In this document: piece by piece, positions 25,884 to 40,100 of the stretch
Layout: each line of letters opens with the position of its first letter
Numbering within the stretch: position 1 is the first letter of the stretch
Origin: Geosiphon pyriformis uo1
Taxonomy: Eukaryota > Fungi > Glomeromycota
DNA: 64,000 nucleotides
Assembly (NCBI GenBank): GCA_016748015.1
Contig: JAAOMT010000128.1
Span: 689,538 to 753,537, forward strand
Direction of reading: 5' to 3'
Notes under the pieces: model-generated
The model's input: the letters and a program-made list of their open reading frames with translations, nothing else
What the model was told of the DNA's origin: nothing
Database searches by the model: none
Position numbers and translations under genes: made by a program

Positions 25884-28800
25884 TTATACAATTAAACCTC
25901 TTTTATTCATTTTTGAAATGAGAGCGCTCAAATAATTCTCCGCAAAAGAGGAGAAGTAATACTAAGAAAAAGGGAGAAAATTAAATCATGTGAACGGATA
26001 TAAATTGCCTGATGTAAATTGAATATGAATTTTACCTCATGCTCAGAGTTGTGCAGTTTGACGAAATTATGACCGAGTTCATGGCAAAAAGTCATAAACC
26101 AATAAATCATTGCTTCGCTTGTGGGAGGATCGTGAATTTTATGGTGATGTAATCCCAGATAATATCGCAAATTGAAAAATAATGAACTATCTCGATTGAA
26201 GGCCACGGTCGGACCCTCTGCATCGTAGTAAACGTGAAGGCCTTTGTTGTCAAGTTGAAATACCTCACCAAGATCTTTAAGAAGGATTACAAAGGAGTTT
26301 AAGTGTGTGGTTATTTCCTTTGAATAAATTACTTGGGCCGCGTCGATATCTTTAGACACGTATACTTCAATTTCGTTGCAAAGTCCAACATAATTCAGCG
26401 AATGACCTTTTTAAAATGATTGTAAAATTATCAGAATATTTGTGAACTATCGAATATATGATATAATATCCCATTCTTAATATCTTTACCAGGTATGACG
26501 TCACAATAACTCGCTTGACTTTCATTCACCACTTGGACCATCTCTTGATTGTTTATCGCAACTCCGGAATTCGGCCGACATTGTTGAACCGCTTTACGAA
26601 GAGCATTTCGCAATTCCACCGTTGTGTCAGGTGTTATGGGAACTGGGGTGCGTGGTTTTGAACCCTCAGACTGCGATTTTTTATAAGTCCCATTACTTGA
26701 TTGAGTTGTTCCAACTCTACCCAGACTATTCGATATTAATTCGGTTACCTTATAAAGCGTTTTCCAGCCAGATTTAGTTGTTCCTGGGTCGTTTTTGCCA
26801 CGTTTAGGATAATCCGCTGCCATCAGCTTAATAGCAATTTCATCTACACTAGCAGCCTTTTGAGTGGTGACAAAGTGTCTAATAAAATCTGGTTCACAGT
26901 CGGGAAACAAAGCTGTTAATGTTTCGACCAATTGTCTCTCCTTTGAATTAAGGGATATTGAAGACTCCGACATATCTTGATCAAATAATGGGGGTGGTAT
27001 GGGTGATTGGCTTTTCTCAATCATATATTTTTCTGTTACTGCCCGTTTCTTTAGAATACGATCAACGGGATAGCCTTTGCGCTTAAGACTTAGGAGTGGT
27101 GTTATAAGCCAAGTATTCAGTAGACACTGATCATTCAACTTGGGCTTCTTGTAAAGGTGTTTGCTTAGGAGTTCACTTATGTCTAAATAGTCCAAGTCAC
27201 CACATACAGACAAAACAAAATCACGTTGTCGATCACGGGATATACAAGCTGTCGTTGGTTCAACTTTATTTTCTCGAGTAGGTATGAGCGTCACCCTGAG
27301 TTCAATGCTCTCGACTTCTCGAATCCGAAGTTTATTCACAACCCAGTTATAATCATTCAAAATTTCATTAGGATTTCGTTCATAGTAAAATAATGCCGCC
27401 CGCTCTTTGATCACTTCTTGTAACTCGGTAGATCTCCTAGTTATTTTCGGATCTCCTTTAGTGATAAAACTTTCCTGGATACTGTTACTTAGACGAGGGC
27501 TTCCAAGTTCCTTCAAATACAATGAAGTTAAGAATAATTCCAAATCTTTGTGGGTAGCACCATAGGAGTTCAATATTACCTCATAAAATTTTTCCATGTA
27601 TTCATCATCCGGTGCTACCAACGGATTAAACATTCTTTGATGGGTCGAGCTGTCATTCAAAAATATGTCTTTAGCAATTGCTAGTTGACATACATTATCA
27701 GAATTGTCATCGTCAGTTCGGTCAATATCATGAGGGCCAGGCTTGCTATTAGAATCTTTTATAGGCTTTTTGAATCCGAGCAAAATTGCAGATCTCTTCA
27801 TATCAGTGTAAAGCTGGCTATTTTGCCTGATTACATTAAAATTGACTGCGATCATTCTTAAAACGCTCAGATATCTTTCAACATCGTCGTTCAAAAATTC
27901 GTGCGATGATCTCACAAGTAGTTGAGCAAACTCGGTTGCCGATGGCTCCGGTTTTACACCACAACTTCGTAAAAAATTGTTTGCTTTGTCACCAAAATTT
28001 ATATACGGAAAGAATTCTTTGTACCTGTAAAGTAAAATAACAAAATATGGGCGGTTATAATTTATTGCAAAAAGTCGAGAGATTATTAACCACGTAAATT
28101 AAATACCTATCATCTCGCCCGTTAAAGAAACAACCACGAGGGTTAATATATTCAATCAATTTATTTTTTAAAATAGGAATAAATCTTTGGCGACCTAACG
28201 TTTCCCAATCTGAACCGATAAAGTGTCCTTGTCGTGAAGCCAGGTATTCAAAGACTTCCTTCGCTATCTGCTCATTTTTCGGAGGCTCTTTGGAGAGTTT
28301 TTCTACTAATTGAGAGCGAGAGGGATGTTCTCGTACCCCAAGCTCTTGAGCCCGAGAGCGAATATCTTGATGAAGAGCACGATACCCCATTATCATACAT
28401 GCTGGATCGGCAAAGCACTCTGAAGGCTTTGCATATTCTTGCTTGTTGATACAAGGTAAAAATGGAAAATCAACCCCCGGATTATATATAGTGGCGTATT
28501 TATCTTTCAACTTTTCAAGGAAATAGTGAAGCGCCTTAGAGCGAATTTCCGGGGAAGATGGAGGTGAAGCTAAGGAAAGAACGGTTTTCAATGGCGGATT
28601 GGTAAGGAGGCCCAGATCAAGAAGGAACTTTGCTAGATTTTAAAGTGAAATAATTATATATCAACTGGCAATAATGTAAAATATTGTGGGAAAATTGTCC
28701 TATAAAGACCTTCATCACTATTTGATCGCCATTTGCCCTTCCACTCGATTGTAGGTAGTCCCAATTCACGAAGTTCAGCCAATGGGGCGTACAACTCAGT

Positions 28801-31800
28801 TGTTATGAACCTCTTAATCGACCGGAGGTTTGCATCCTTTCCTGCTTCTTCTTCTTCGTCCTGGGATTGTTCTTTGGGCCAAATTGGTGTAATTTTCAAT
28901 CTCTCCTTTTCGAGCGGTTTTAGTTCTACTGAAGATAAATATTTGACAAGCTGCATATGATCCCAGCTGCCCTGACTTATCAATCGATCAAAAACCATCT
29001 GAAGCTCTACGTGCTAATGTTGTTGGAAAAATTTTTAGTTTTAGTATTTCAATAAATATTGATGGTTCAAGCAGGATGGTTTCCGCAGAAGTAACCTTTC
29101 TAACGCCCAAATGAACTAGAAATTTTTCAGACACCGCTTTTGGATTTTGAAAAGATATCACCGGCAGGTCCTGAAATAAATTTACTGTCTGAAAATAAGC
29201 ACGATCAGGGACTTTCATGCCAAACTTTGTTGGTATACATCTTTTTTGATGTAGAATTTGCCGCATAGAATCCTGATCATCTTTAGATAGCGAATTCCAA
29301 CTTCGAGCAATAATCGCCAAGATTTTTTCAGCGTAACTTGGAGAATTTTCTATTTCAGGCTTTGTCACAATGTACTGAATCCAAGCTGTCATCGAGAGCT
29401 CAACAAAGTTTCTAAGTATTTTTTCGAAAGCATAGAAAATGGTTATAAAGTATTGTAACCTAAAAAAAAAAAACAACTCTCTATCCAATTGGCGAAAATC
29501 CCGTACCCAAACCATCTCTCGAGATCTTTTTTCAAGAATGACTTGGTTATTGTGTAGGGCAACATATCAGGGGGAAACTCCGAGTCGGGCGGTACAAGTT
29601 TAGGGTTCAAGAAATAGTGTAACTTTTCCAACGTTGTAAACCCACCTCCGGTAGCACTGACAATGGTGAGACGGAGAAGTTTCCTCATATTATTTTCGTT
29701 CAGTCCAAACTTTGTGCAATAATCAATCCACCATTTGAAAAGAGCGATTAATTCTATTTCAGATAATGTCCGATCGCCTAGCTCCACAAAAACATCCTCA
29801 ATATCCAACTCTTTTATCAAATTCATTTGCTCTTTAGCTTTTTTGAAAAAGGGATCGCATTGTTCTAAAATATTCTTTGGTATTGTAGGAACAGATTTAA
29901 TAAAACCATTCATCTCATTTTTGGGAAGCCGCACGCTGGTAATAGGTCTAACGCCATTAGTTGACAAAATGTGTAGAGATTGGGAACATTGGAAAAATGT
30001 TGTTTCCGTAATGTTCCCCACTCGTTGGTTAGGAGTACTGGCCCTGAAGGAAAAATGTATTAATGCATGAGCTGCACGATTCTCCAACCACATCTTCATA
30101 GATTCGGTTGCCTCATCAACGGCCAAATAGTTGGAGCCAATCATTTCAGTGTAAAGGCGAGATATTTGGTTTAATTCATCCTCATATAAAAGTCTCGAAA
30201 GAATACCCGCCACGGTAAGCATTTCTTCGTTATAGATGGCTAAAGTCTTATCCACCAAGTCTACTGATTCACGTTCAACCTACAAATTTAAAGATTTTAA
30301 TGATCATTGAATTTACTCTAAAAAGCTCAAGCTTTATAAAGCCTTACTGTTGGAATCAACCTTGCCGCAAGGTGAGATGAGCAGCCAGTGGTTTGATGGG
30401 TCGGAAAACCGATAAAAATTCGGCCCTGGTCGGGATAAGGAAGCAAATCTTTGAAGATATCTCCTGCTCTTGTCTTACGCGTCAAGCTTTGCTCTCCTGA
30501 AGAGCTGTGCTCGTCAAATCCACTAAATAGCATTTGTATCGTAGTTTCACCAGGAGGCTTTTTTTTTGTTGTTCGTTCCATTTCCGCTGAGAACTCTTTA
30601 GAAACTCGAACATTTAAATTACCGCAAGCAATCCGCAGAAATATTGTGGTATTTTCTATTTGGCAATCGTTAACTGTTTTCGCCCTGGGCGTTATCACTA
30701 GTCTTTCCACATCTAGTTGCACATTTCGAACATCAACAGACTTAAGTTGAAACATTTTCTTTGGAGAAAATGTGTTCAAACCAGAAATTATATCCATTGA
30801 ACGTGGAATCGACATTTTTTTCGATAGGGCTATTAAGCGGTATTCATTAACATGTACGGTCACTTCGCGAAGATTTCCGGTGAAACCCTCAATTAATCAA
30901 ATAAATTTTTTTTAGATCAAGTTTAAAAAAAAGGATCAAATAGGGTTGAGAACTTTTCAAGCGAAACCATACCAAAGAAGTGGCCAAGAAGCGCCCAAAA
31001 TTCTCAAAGTTGGGTAGCTAAAACAAAAAGTTAGGTAATTGTAAAAAGAATCATTAAGCAGAATGGATGTAAGATTCCATATCTTACCTCAGAAGGTTCT
31101 CTCGTATCCATCAAAAAAGTAGTCCATACTTTATCTTCCTGATCTGTTGCTCCTCTTTTTGCAAAAAGTTGATCCCCTCGCCAATAAAATGCCATACCTT
31201 GACCGTCAGAATACACGCTTCAATATTAACCGGAATTAATATTAGTCAGCTGAACGTTTGAAATTGGCAACCATGAAACTTTGGACTCACAATGGCTCTT
31301 CACAAACGGAGAAAAGTGAGTAAAAACCGACACCAAAAGCCCCTATCTGATTGAGATGATAATTAAGGAGGATGTTTCACATTTGAAGTAGCCAAAATTC
31401 CATTGATTAATCAAGAAATACGAACTTTCTGCTCATCAGGATTTCCCTCGGCTATTTTCTTCAGACGATTCCAATCTTCCGGACGAAAAGGAAATCCATT
31501 ATTTTTGAAAAGTATTTTGATACATTTTTCTTTAAAGTTAAACTTTGTGTTTCCCAATTTCTTGGTTTCAAATATTATTTGAACATTGGTTGCTTTGGCA
31601 TCGTCTGTCGCGTAAAAATAAAGGGGTTTATTATTTAGAACATTTAATAAATCAAAAAGAAAGCTCAAATTACCAGCATTCTGCATCAATTCTCTGAAAA
31701 CGACAAACTCTGCTGAATAACTTAGAAGAAACAGCATAAGTTGGTCGCAAGTTGTAGCAAATTCAAGAAATTAAAAAATAGAATCGAGTTAAAAGTTTTA

Positions 31801-31907
31801 AGCTACCGAGCCAATATTTTGTCAATTAAATGCCTCTGATTAACTTCCACGCGTTCCTCGCCTGTAGAGTTAGAAAGCACTTGTTTCCTGAGTGCGTCTA
31901 ACGACAT
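25884..31907 (-). CDS. Large GHKL-ATPase (sacsin-like N-terminus) / DUF3684 protein with CUE-like segment and C-terminal HExxH
   Basis: VEVNQRHLIDKILARYS..FRELMQNADDA, NNG, IGAFGVGFYSLF, GFPTHQTTG, LTALFPDCEPDFIR, FCHELGHN, ending NKRGLIV*. About 13 introns. Confidence 0.85.
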
Positions 31908-32191
31908 TATGGCAACACAAACTTGAGGCCAAATTCAAATGAAATTGTTGGTATTTATATTTTGGATCCGTTACACGGAAAATCAAAAATAGCAATTATT
32001 TAAAGGTCCCAAATTTGTCAACATTTGACGTATCAGCAGTGATGTACTCTTACGTGAAGACACCAGAATATTCTAAGATTTCTTATTGTGGGGTTATAAA
32101 GAGTAAACTTAATTAATCAAAAGTAAATTTTATCAAACTTGCAACATTTTTAGCAGATTTTTAAAAATGAGTCATATCTCCCCAGAGTATC

Positions 32192-33767
32192 ATGAAGCAA
32201 ACTAAAACAGCTTTAGCTATCCAAGAACTAGTGGCAAAAGTAAAATATCAATCAAAAATATGTCACTTTCCTTCTTTAGTTTATTTCTCGAATAAAAGTT
32301 ACAAGAAACATTCGACTCCCATCCCACCAAAATTCTCACTTTTCGGGGCTTTTCAAAAATCTTACAGTTCGCAACCCACCGAACCCGGAAAAAGTAAGTC
32401 ACTTCCACTTCCTGAAAAATGGAGTTTTATTTTAAGAACGTTGGTTTCATTTAACTCTAATGCCCTTTTTAGCTGCTTCGCCTCGTCCAAAAACAACCAT
32501 CAAAACAATTAGAAAATTATATCTTAAACGTGAACCGATCACTGTGCTAACTGCCCACGATTATTCGTCAGCTTTGCTCACAGACAAAGCAGGTATTGAA
32601 ATATGTTTGGTTGGGGACTCTTTAGCTATGGTCGCTTTAGGATATGACACGACGACACCAATAACTATTGAAGTAAGACAAGCTGTATTTATATCACATA
32701 TATCTTCAAAGACATTTATTTTTCCTTTTTTACTTTCAGGAAATGATTCATCATTGCCGAGCAGTTGCCAGAGGTGCAAAATCTCCTTTTTTAATAGCTG
32801 ATATGCCTTTCGGAAGTTATGAAACGAGCCCCGTGGATGCTGTGAAGAATGCGATTCGAATTATTAAGGATGGCAACATGGAGGTGATCGTTACCTTTTC
32901 ATTGGCAGAGCTGCGTATGAGTCTTGTTATAAATAAAAAAAAACTATTGTTCCTTTTTGAGTAGGCCATAAAATTAGAGGGCGGCAAAGAATTCACCGAA
33001 ACTATTAAAAAGATCACAAGCATTGGGATACCAGTAATGGGACACTTGGGCCTGACTCCACAACGTCAAACATCTCTTGGAGGTTATCGCATTCAAGGAA
33101 ATACTGCAATTAAGGTTAGTTGGAACGACCCAACATCTGCAAACCGGACATCGTTCTAGAGGGCTCTAAACTGTGAAAAGGCTCGTAGGTTGCTCGAAGA
33201 CGCAAAATCCGTTCAAGAAGCTGGATGTTTTGCACTCGTCCTTGAAGCAGTCCCAGAAATAGTAGCAAAATATATCACCAAAAATCTTGACATTCCCACA
33301 ATTGGAATTGGGGCAGGTTCCAGTACGAGTGGACAAGTCTTGGTGCAATTGGACATGCTTGGCATATTTGACCGATTTATTCCTCGGTAATTTCAATCTC
33401 ATTTTTACGCTGAATAGATCTTGAATTCAGGTTGTTATTGTGCGCTCCAACAACGCCATCTGTTAAAATGGATATTATCCGCAAAACATCAATTGCAACC
33501 TCGAAACTGTTTGATTCGAAAGCACGCAGTTTTCCAGTATTTTTCAACTAACTTAAGTTGGATATTGACACCGATCACCAAAGCTTTTGCAAACGATATG
33601 CTTCCCTAGGTACTACTATTTTAGAAGCTATGAAAACTTACCGAGAGGAAGTTAAGAATAGGAAATTTCCTGCTGAAGCAAATTGCTATCCTATGCCAGA
33701 AGGAGAACTGGAAAAGTTTTTAAAAGACGTTAAAGACGATGATTTGAGAAAATCAAAGATTATATAA
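32192..33767 (+). CDS. panB: 3-methyl-2-oxobutanoate hydroxymethyltransferase (pantothenate synthesis; ECM31 orthologue)
   Basis: [60 protein letters not shown]. Likely mitochondrial presequence. Confidence 0.97.
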
Positions 33768-33863
33768 ACCTCGGTTCTTCTATCTTGATAGAAGCAAAAT
33801 GTCTACAAAGGTTTTTCTTTGTATTATTTCTACTTTTTCGAACTGTCAAGACCTTCTGTACAC

Positions 33864-36621
33864 TTAATTCAGAAAGTAATTAACCGAAAATCTAATCCAC
33901 GAATATACAACTCCTATCGCACAATAAACCGATGTCGTCAGAAGTGGAAGAAACGGATATTTTCCTCGAAATACTAAGTCATGTATTATACTAGTAAAAA
34001 GCTGAAGCGCGAAGAATCCAAATATGTAAAAGTTTTTGAAAAGGGAGATCGTCGAGTTTAATCTAGTGTTCAATGGCTGCTTTTTGGTGGACCTATTATA
34101 AATTAAATGGACCAGAAAAGTCACAGATAAAAAGTTAACTTCTTTTTTATGGAAGGGAGAAAAGGTACCAGAAAGTTCACTAGGAAAAAAAACAAAAATC
34201 ACCTTGGGATCAAATGAGACAGGCCAAAGAATGTTAAGATTATCCATATTAAAAATATCGAAATCTTAATGACTGACTCTGAAACAAAATTACAACTGAA
34301 TGAATGACCAAGAGCCCATTTCAATAAAATAACCTTCAAATACATGGTAAACTAACCTGTGGCTTGAAAAAGAAGTGGAAACAGCGAAACCAAACCAGAT
34401 AAAGAGAGGATAACAAAAGTATGAAAGTGTTCGTGACTTTCGCCGGCTATCAAGCTACAAGGCCCAAAAATATCTTAGGTTAAAAGTGCCTTACTGATCC
34501 ACGAAAAATAGTCCTAAAGTTTGTTTAAATCAACAATGCTCATATTTTAATTACCTGAACGGAATCAAAACGAGTAAAATTGCTTTCTCATGAACATGCC
34601 ATCCGAATAAGAACGACGCGAATCCACACTGGATTAGAGAGCCCATGAAATTTCGAAAATTAGGTAGTCGCCATAATTTCACCAAGGCCGACTTTAAAGG
34701 TGAAATGATAAGCGATCCAAATTTTGTTAATGAATTTTTGTTTAGGAACAGAACGAGAAAAGATTTAAAGATATGAGAATGCCTACAATTTGAAATAGGA
34801 GAGTGATTACGAAGGTATGATTCGGTTGAATGTTGGGTAATATGGCAAAATTCACATCTCCAACCAAACCTCGTGTAATAGAGGAAAGAGCCTCTTCGTT
34901 GATCTTCCAACCCAACCCTTTACCGACTAGAAAATCGCCAAAAATGAGCACTCTACAAGGCTTCATTGATTGCTAACCCAAAACAGAAATTTCAAATTTT
35001 CAAAATTACCAAAAACCAGGGCACGATCTGCCACCGAATATAACGCCCAAAAGTTCGGTGCCCAATAAGCGTGACATAAACCACGAGTGAACGGAAAAAG
35101 GCGTGATAGAACTTGACCCATTTGTCCTAGGTAAATAAAAGGGGCAAAAGAAATAGCAAATGTAATGGCTACAGATGCGCCCAACACTATAAAGTTCTTG
35201 AATAAGAACCGAGAAGATCCTGGATGGGGAAATCAAGCAATCCATAGTTATTAACGCATCTCAGCATATAGAATCATGAATATAATGGAAAACGAAAAAC
35301 ACCTGCCGATTTCCCTGCATCTTGAAAACAATAGTGTCGTAATAGGTAAACAAAATAAGCGGGCGCCAGATATAAAAAAATATGTTTGAAATTGAGCAAG
35401 ATGGCAAATAGAATTCCGGATGCGAGATCATTTCCCTATTTAGCGGATATGAATTTGAGTTATTTCATCAAGAAAATACAAAGGAATATTAGTATAAAGC
35501 CAAATTGAATGTCTGATCGTAATTAACTGTGAAAACCGATATACCTTCTTTGCATACACTATTGAGAGTAAAAGGATCCCATATAGAAACCCGTTATACT
35601 GAAAATGAATATGTAGATTTTGGCAAATTGTCAAGGAGCCAAGTTTTTTTTGAGGTGTTTAGAATGAGCAGTTAGTTATGCCAAACTGGATTTTAAATTG
35701 AAACAAGTTTTGATCGAAAGGACGTGACTGATCGAGACAATAATTAATGAAAGAAAGAGAAAACAGAAAACAACAAGGATATGATCAACAATTATCAATC
35801 CTGGATTCAAAAATATCGAGGCAGCGATGATAAAGTTTTGCCAAGGATTGCTTTGCCTCCAAGTTTCCAAAAATCTTTTGATGAAATTTGTACCGTGACG
35901 AAAATAAATAAATGAACGAATAAATAAAGGGTTTTACTGAAACACAGTTTGAGAATTAATCTTGACTCATGATAAAATGAATTTGAAAAGAATTGAAAAT
36001 ACTTTATAGTCAAAACTTGGTAAAACCCAAAGGATGAAAGATTCAAACAGCAAGTTTCTTCATTAGTAATGCATAATATTTTTCACAAAAAACTTACTTT
36101 TCTAAAGCAAAGAACAAGAACAATTCACTGACCAACACAGATCCTCGCTGAAAATAGACTGTTTGACGACTAACATAATTCAAATTGTCTACTCGCAACA
36201 TTTCCTGATCGCTCAAGATCCTAGCGGCAATTTGTGCCAAGACCCATTCGAACCACGCAAAAAATGGTGGATAATCTATTGTCCATTCACTTGTATCCTG
36301 GGAATATATCATCATCCACGCCAAAATCACAACCATTATGAAGGAAAGCCGAAGATAAACAAAATAATACCAGAACGCTAGTCACCTCGGTGTACCATTT
36401 CGAGATTGGAAGACTGTATGTGATTGCTAGCCAGTTTCGATGAACTTCAAAATCTGTTGATCGGCTTTTCGTATTTTAAAAGACCAGAATGCAACACGAA
36501 TGGAAATGGTAAATATATTGTATTATGATGTTTAAAAACTATTGGATTGAACTAAAACTTACTAAGCGGGAAAGAGTAAAACCTTGATAATGGTACTAAA
36601 AATCAAGACCGAGCTTTGCAT
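33864..36621 (-). CDS. ALG8: Dolichyl-PP-Glc1Man9GlcNAc2 alpha-1,3-glucosyltransferase
   Basis: [85 protein letters not shown]. Confidence 0.95.
35613..35782 (-). other. U12-type AT-AC intron in ALG8
   Basis: Donor ATATCCTTG, branch TCCTTGAC (35630-35637), terminal AC. Removing it restores [11 protein letters not shown]. Confidence 0.93.
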
Positions 36622-37136
36622 GATAATTATGACTGAATTTTCGTTGATAATTTTCTCGCTTATTTTCCCATTGTCGATTTTGGAATAAATCAATCGGAAA
36701 TTTTCGAGTCTTTGTTAAATTGATATTTATAAATGCTTGTTGATAAATAGATATGACCCAAAAATAGTAATTGTATATCACTTATTTTTAAAGACAAGAT
36801 TTTAGCTTTGTTTTACTGTTTTGTTTGAATTTATGACAAATTAAATGACACAATCACACTTTAAAATTATTTTGGCAAATAAAAATGTATTTGTTATATA
36901 TTATTGTGAGTAAAAAGTAATTCCTTAATATACTGCCTAACAAAGTTGTATTTAAATGCTAAAATTATAGATAAAACTGCTTTTTGATTAATTTTTAATC
37001 AAAAATTGTTCCTTAATTAAATAAAAAAGAGTACGAATAAAGGAGATTCGCGAGATTTATTTTGTTAAAATTATTTTTATAAAAATCATGAAAATCTTAA
37101 AGTTTAGTGTGCAACGAAAGATTCCCATGATTTTTT

Positions 37137-40100
37137 CTAAGATGAAACATCTCCTACCAAGAGATTACTCAACCAAAATAATAAAATCATAAACAGTGAA
37201 AACAAGGAACTAATACAAAAGTGGCTGATTGTTGTACCTATCTCCAACCAACTTCCGTCATCTCGAACCAGATAAAAGAAATTAAGCGTCATCACGTCAC
37301 TGGTTGACAACACAAGTAAAAAGATGCTGATCGCTGGCAATTCTATCGACTTTGTGACAATTGTAAAAACCGAAGAAACGATAAAGAAAGGTATGAGAAT
37401 TTTAAAAATCAACAAAGCGCCCATCAAAAAAGGATCGAAGACAGTAGTCAGCCGGTAGACGCTTTGCAAGGAAAAGCTGCCGAGACTCGCCACGTTGCCT
37501 GTGCCAAAAAATGCGACTTTGATAAAAAAAAGGAAAAAGACGGCGATTCGAATGTCATTAATCTTCAGAGATCGCATAGCCCCTGTGTTAGCTCCTCTTG
37601 ACTGTGGAGCTTCAAAACGATACATTTTTCTCTCAAGCGCAAGCCATAAAAATAGTGTGATCGAAAAGAAGCAATAGAATAAAACTTCATAAGAGATACT
37701 TAGAAGGACGAATAATGGTGCAAAGGCAAGAACGATGTTGACAAGGCGAAGAAGGAAATGTTGTTCGCCACGGAACCGATATATGAAAGGTGTAATAGAG
37801 GAAATACCTGTGATGGTATGTTTGTTGATAAATAACGGAATTTTTGGATGACTTATTTGTAGAAAAATCGAAGCAAGAACATAAAAAACGCTTTTTCGTT
37901 ACCCAGGAATAACCATCCAAGTAATTGATTTAGCACAGGTAGACCCAATTTTTGGCTGAGTTTGCTTGTTGTATCATAGACCAAGAGAGTGCTGGATAAT
38001 ATCAATCCTATCTATTCGCAGCAAGACAAATCATATAAAATAAGTTTGGAATTAGCAGTGCGTGGAGTCTAGACTTTCAAATAAAATTGATTTTGAATTG
38101 ACCTGAAACTGAATAACTCTCCTGGAAAAAGTGTCCTCCTCCTTCATGAAAGGTTTACTGTGTCTTAGCGTAATAAAGCCGGTGGCTGCCAATAATAGCC
38201 CGCCAGAATTGCTATCGATTAATTGATAAAAAATTTAGAAATAGAGTATCGATAAATCAAAAACCTAGCATTTACTTACACCAATGTGATATCTTCACCT
38301 TTTTCAACTGGCAGTAACATGAACAAGCTCGAAACTATACAAGACCCTGACCAAACAACAAGTAACTTCCCGTTGACATCACGAAAGTTCGATGGCATCG
38401 TGGCTGGCCAAAGAGCAGCAAGAACAAAGCAAGCAGTTAAAACACTCCGCTCAAAGTAACTATATACCTTCATAGTGAAAATAAGATTAATGAAAAAAGA
38501 ACGACATAAGTCATATTCATATGATGGAAAGCAGCAATTGACCATTCAATTAATATGGTGACCTTAATATAATGCTCCGCAACGTGCTTCATTTTCCTTG
38601 GTAAGCAATCATAGACTAAGGCAATTCTTATAAGTTGTGTAGCGAGAATTTTGTTAGACTTACCAGAACTTCCAAAGCAATTATATATCCGGCGAGGTAA
38701 CCCGCGACGCTCAACCGACTTCTTCCATTTACGGCGAACTGCCAGCTCTGAAAAAGGGTATGACGCTGCCTTATTATCTCACTCCAAAACGCTACTGGAA
38801 AAAATACATATACGTAATATGTTTTAGGAGATTCTTGAACGAATAAGATTAGATACAAGGACAAGAAGGCAAAATAGGTAATCAGAATTCGCTAGAAAAC
38901 AATATTTTCTTTGTGAGTTATGAAAAGTAGATTAAAGATATTAATGAAGGTACAGCCGCACTCACTAGATAATTGGGACGATATCTCAACTTCGCTGATC
39001 TATGATCATCCTCCAAAAAATATTCTTTCAATATAAAAATAAAGCTGTAGATGATCCAGCCTGAAAATCCAGCCGTAATAATCAATTGCAGAAATAACCA
39101 ATCGTATCTATAATGATGAAGAGGTTCAAAACGGATAAATATATTTTACAATAAAAAGAAGATTTCCTATGTGAAATAAACCATACGTTTGAAGATACCG
39201 TAGGCCTTTCAATGATAAATCCAACAGAAGCAAGCATAATTTTTCAGCGTCGTCATATTTTTCAGTTTCGATTAGCATTTTGATTTGTAGGATTAGAGTT
39301 CGGGGATTGTGCGTCGCATTGCTCAAAGGAAAAAATGGCTTAAACATCAGTTCAGTTTGCCTTTTTTGGTCTGTGGATAATGGAGGTATTAGAGGTATAA
39401 TCATGAATAATAATTAGTGTTTTGAGCCACCCGAACAATATAACTTACCGTGTTTAACCAGATACTGTTCAGATACTTGCATTGCATTGACCAGAGCACT
39501 TTGAGCCTTGAATTGAGGAGTGTTATTCAGATATTTTAACGGTAATTCCCCTACAGAGTTGACAGGATAATGAATACCGATCAGTGAGGCCTATATATGA
39601 AAATCGACATAATTAAGGAGCTATTTTAAAATTGAAACAATCAAGGATTTTTCTTATTAATGTATGATAGCCATTTGAAAAAATACCATTAAAGGTGCAA
39701 TATCGGCTTGTAAAACATCGTTTCTCTGCAAGTGATTCAGATTCCATTCAGCAGATATCTCATCATGCCCACTTAGATATGTTGTGTTTGGTTTATTAAT
39801 ACCAGCACCCCATGCAATCAATGGGGTGCGTGTATTATCTGGGTGGCCATCTCCATGATTTCCTGATAATGTAAATAAGTGAAAGTTAATTTCAAAAGTT
39901 CAAGATTTATATTCATAATTTAAAAATCTATACTTTGCCTCGATTGCTCATGCCATGATCTGAGGTAAGAACGTATGCTGTTTTCCCATCATCTCCGTAA
40001 AATTTTTCCATAAATTCCACAACTTGCTTGACACCCTCATCAACAACCTTGATATTACGCATGTATTCTTTAGAGTGAGGACCATATGCATGCCCATTGG

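Noticed and set aside
32192-33767. panB or HIS7 as bacterial horizontal transfers
   Set aside because: Both have introns and fungal architecture (HisH-F fusion, presequence); ordinary fungal orthologues.
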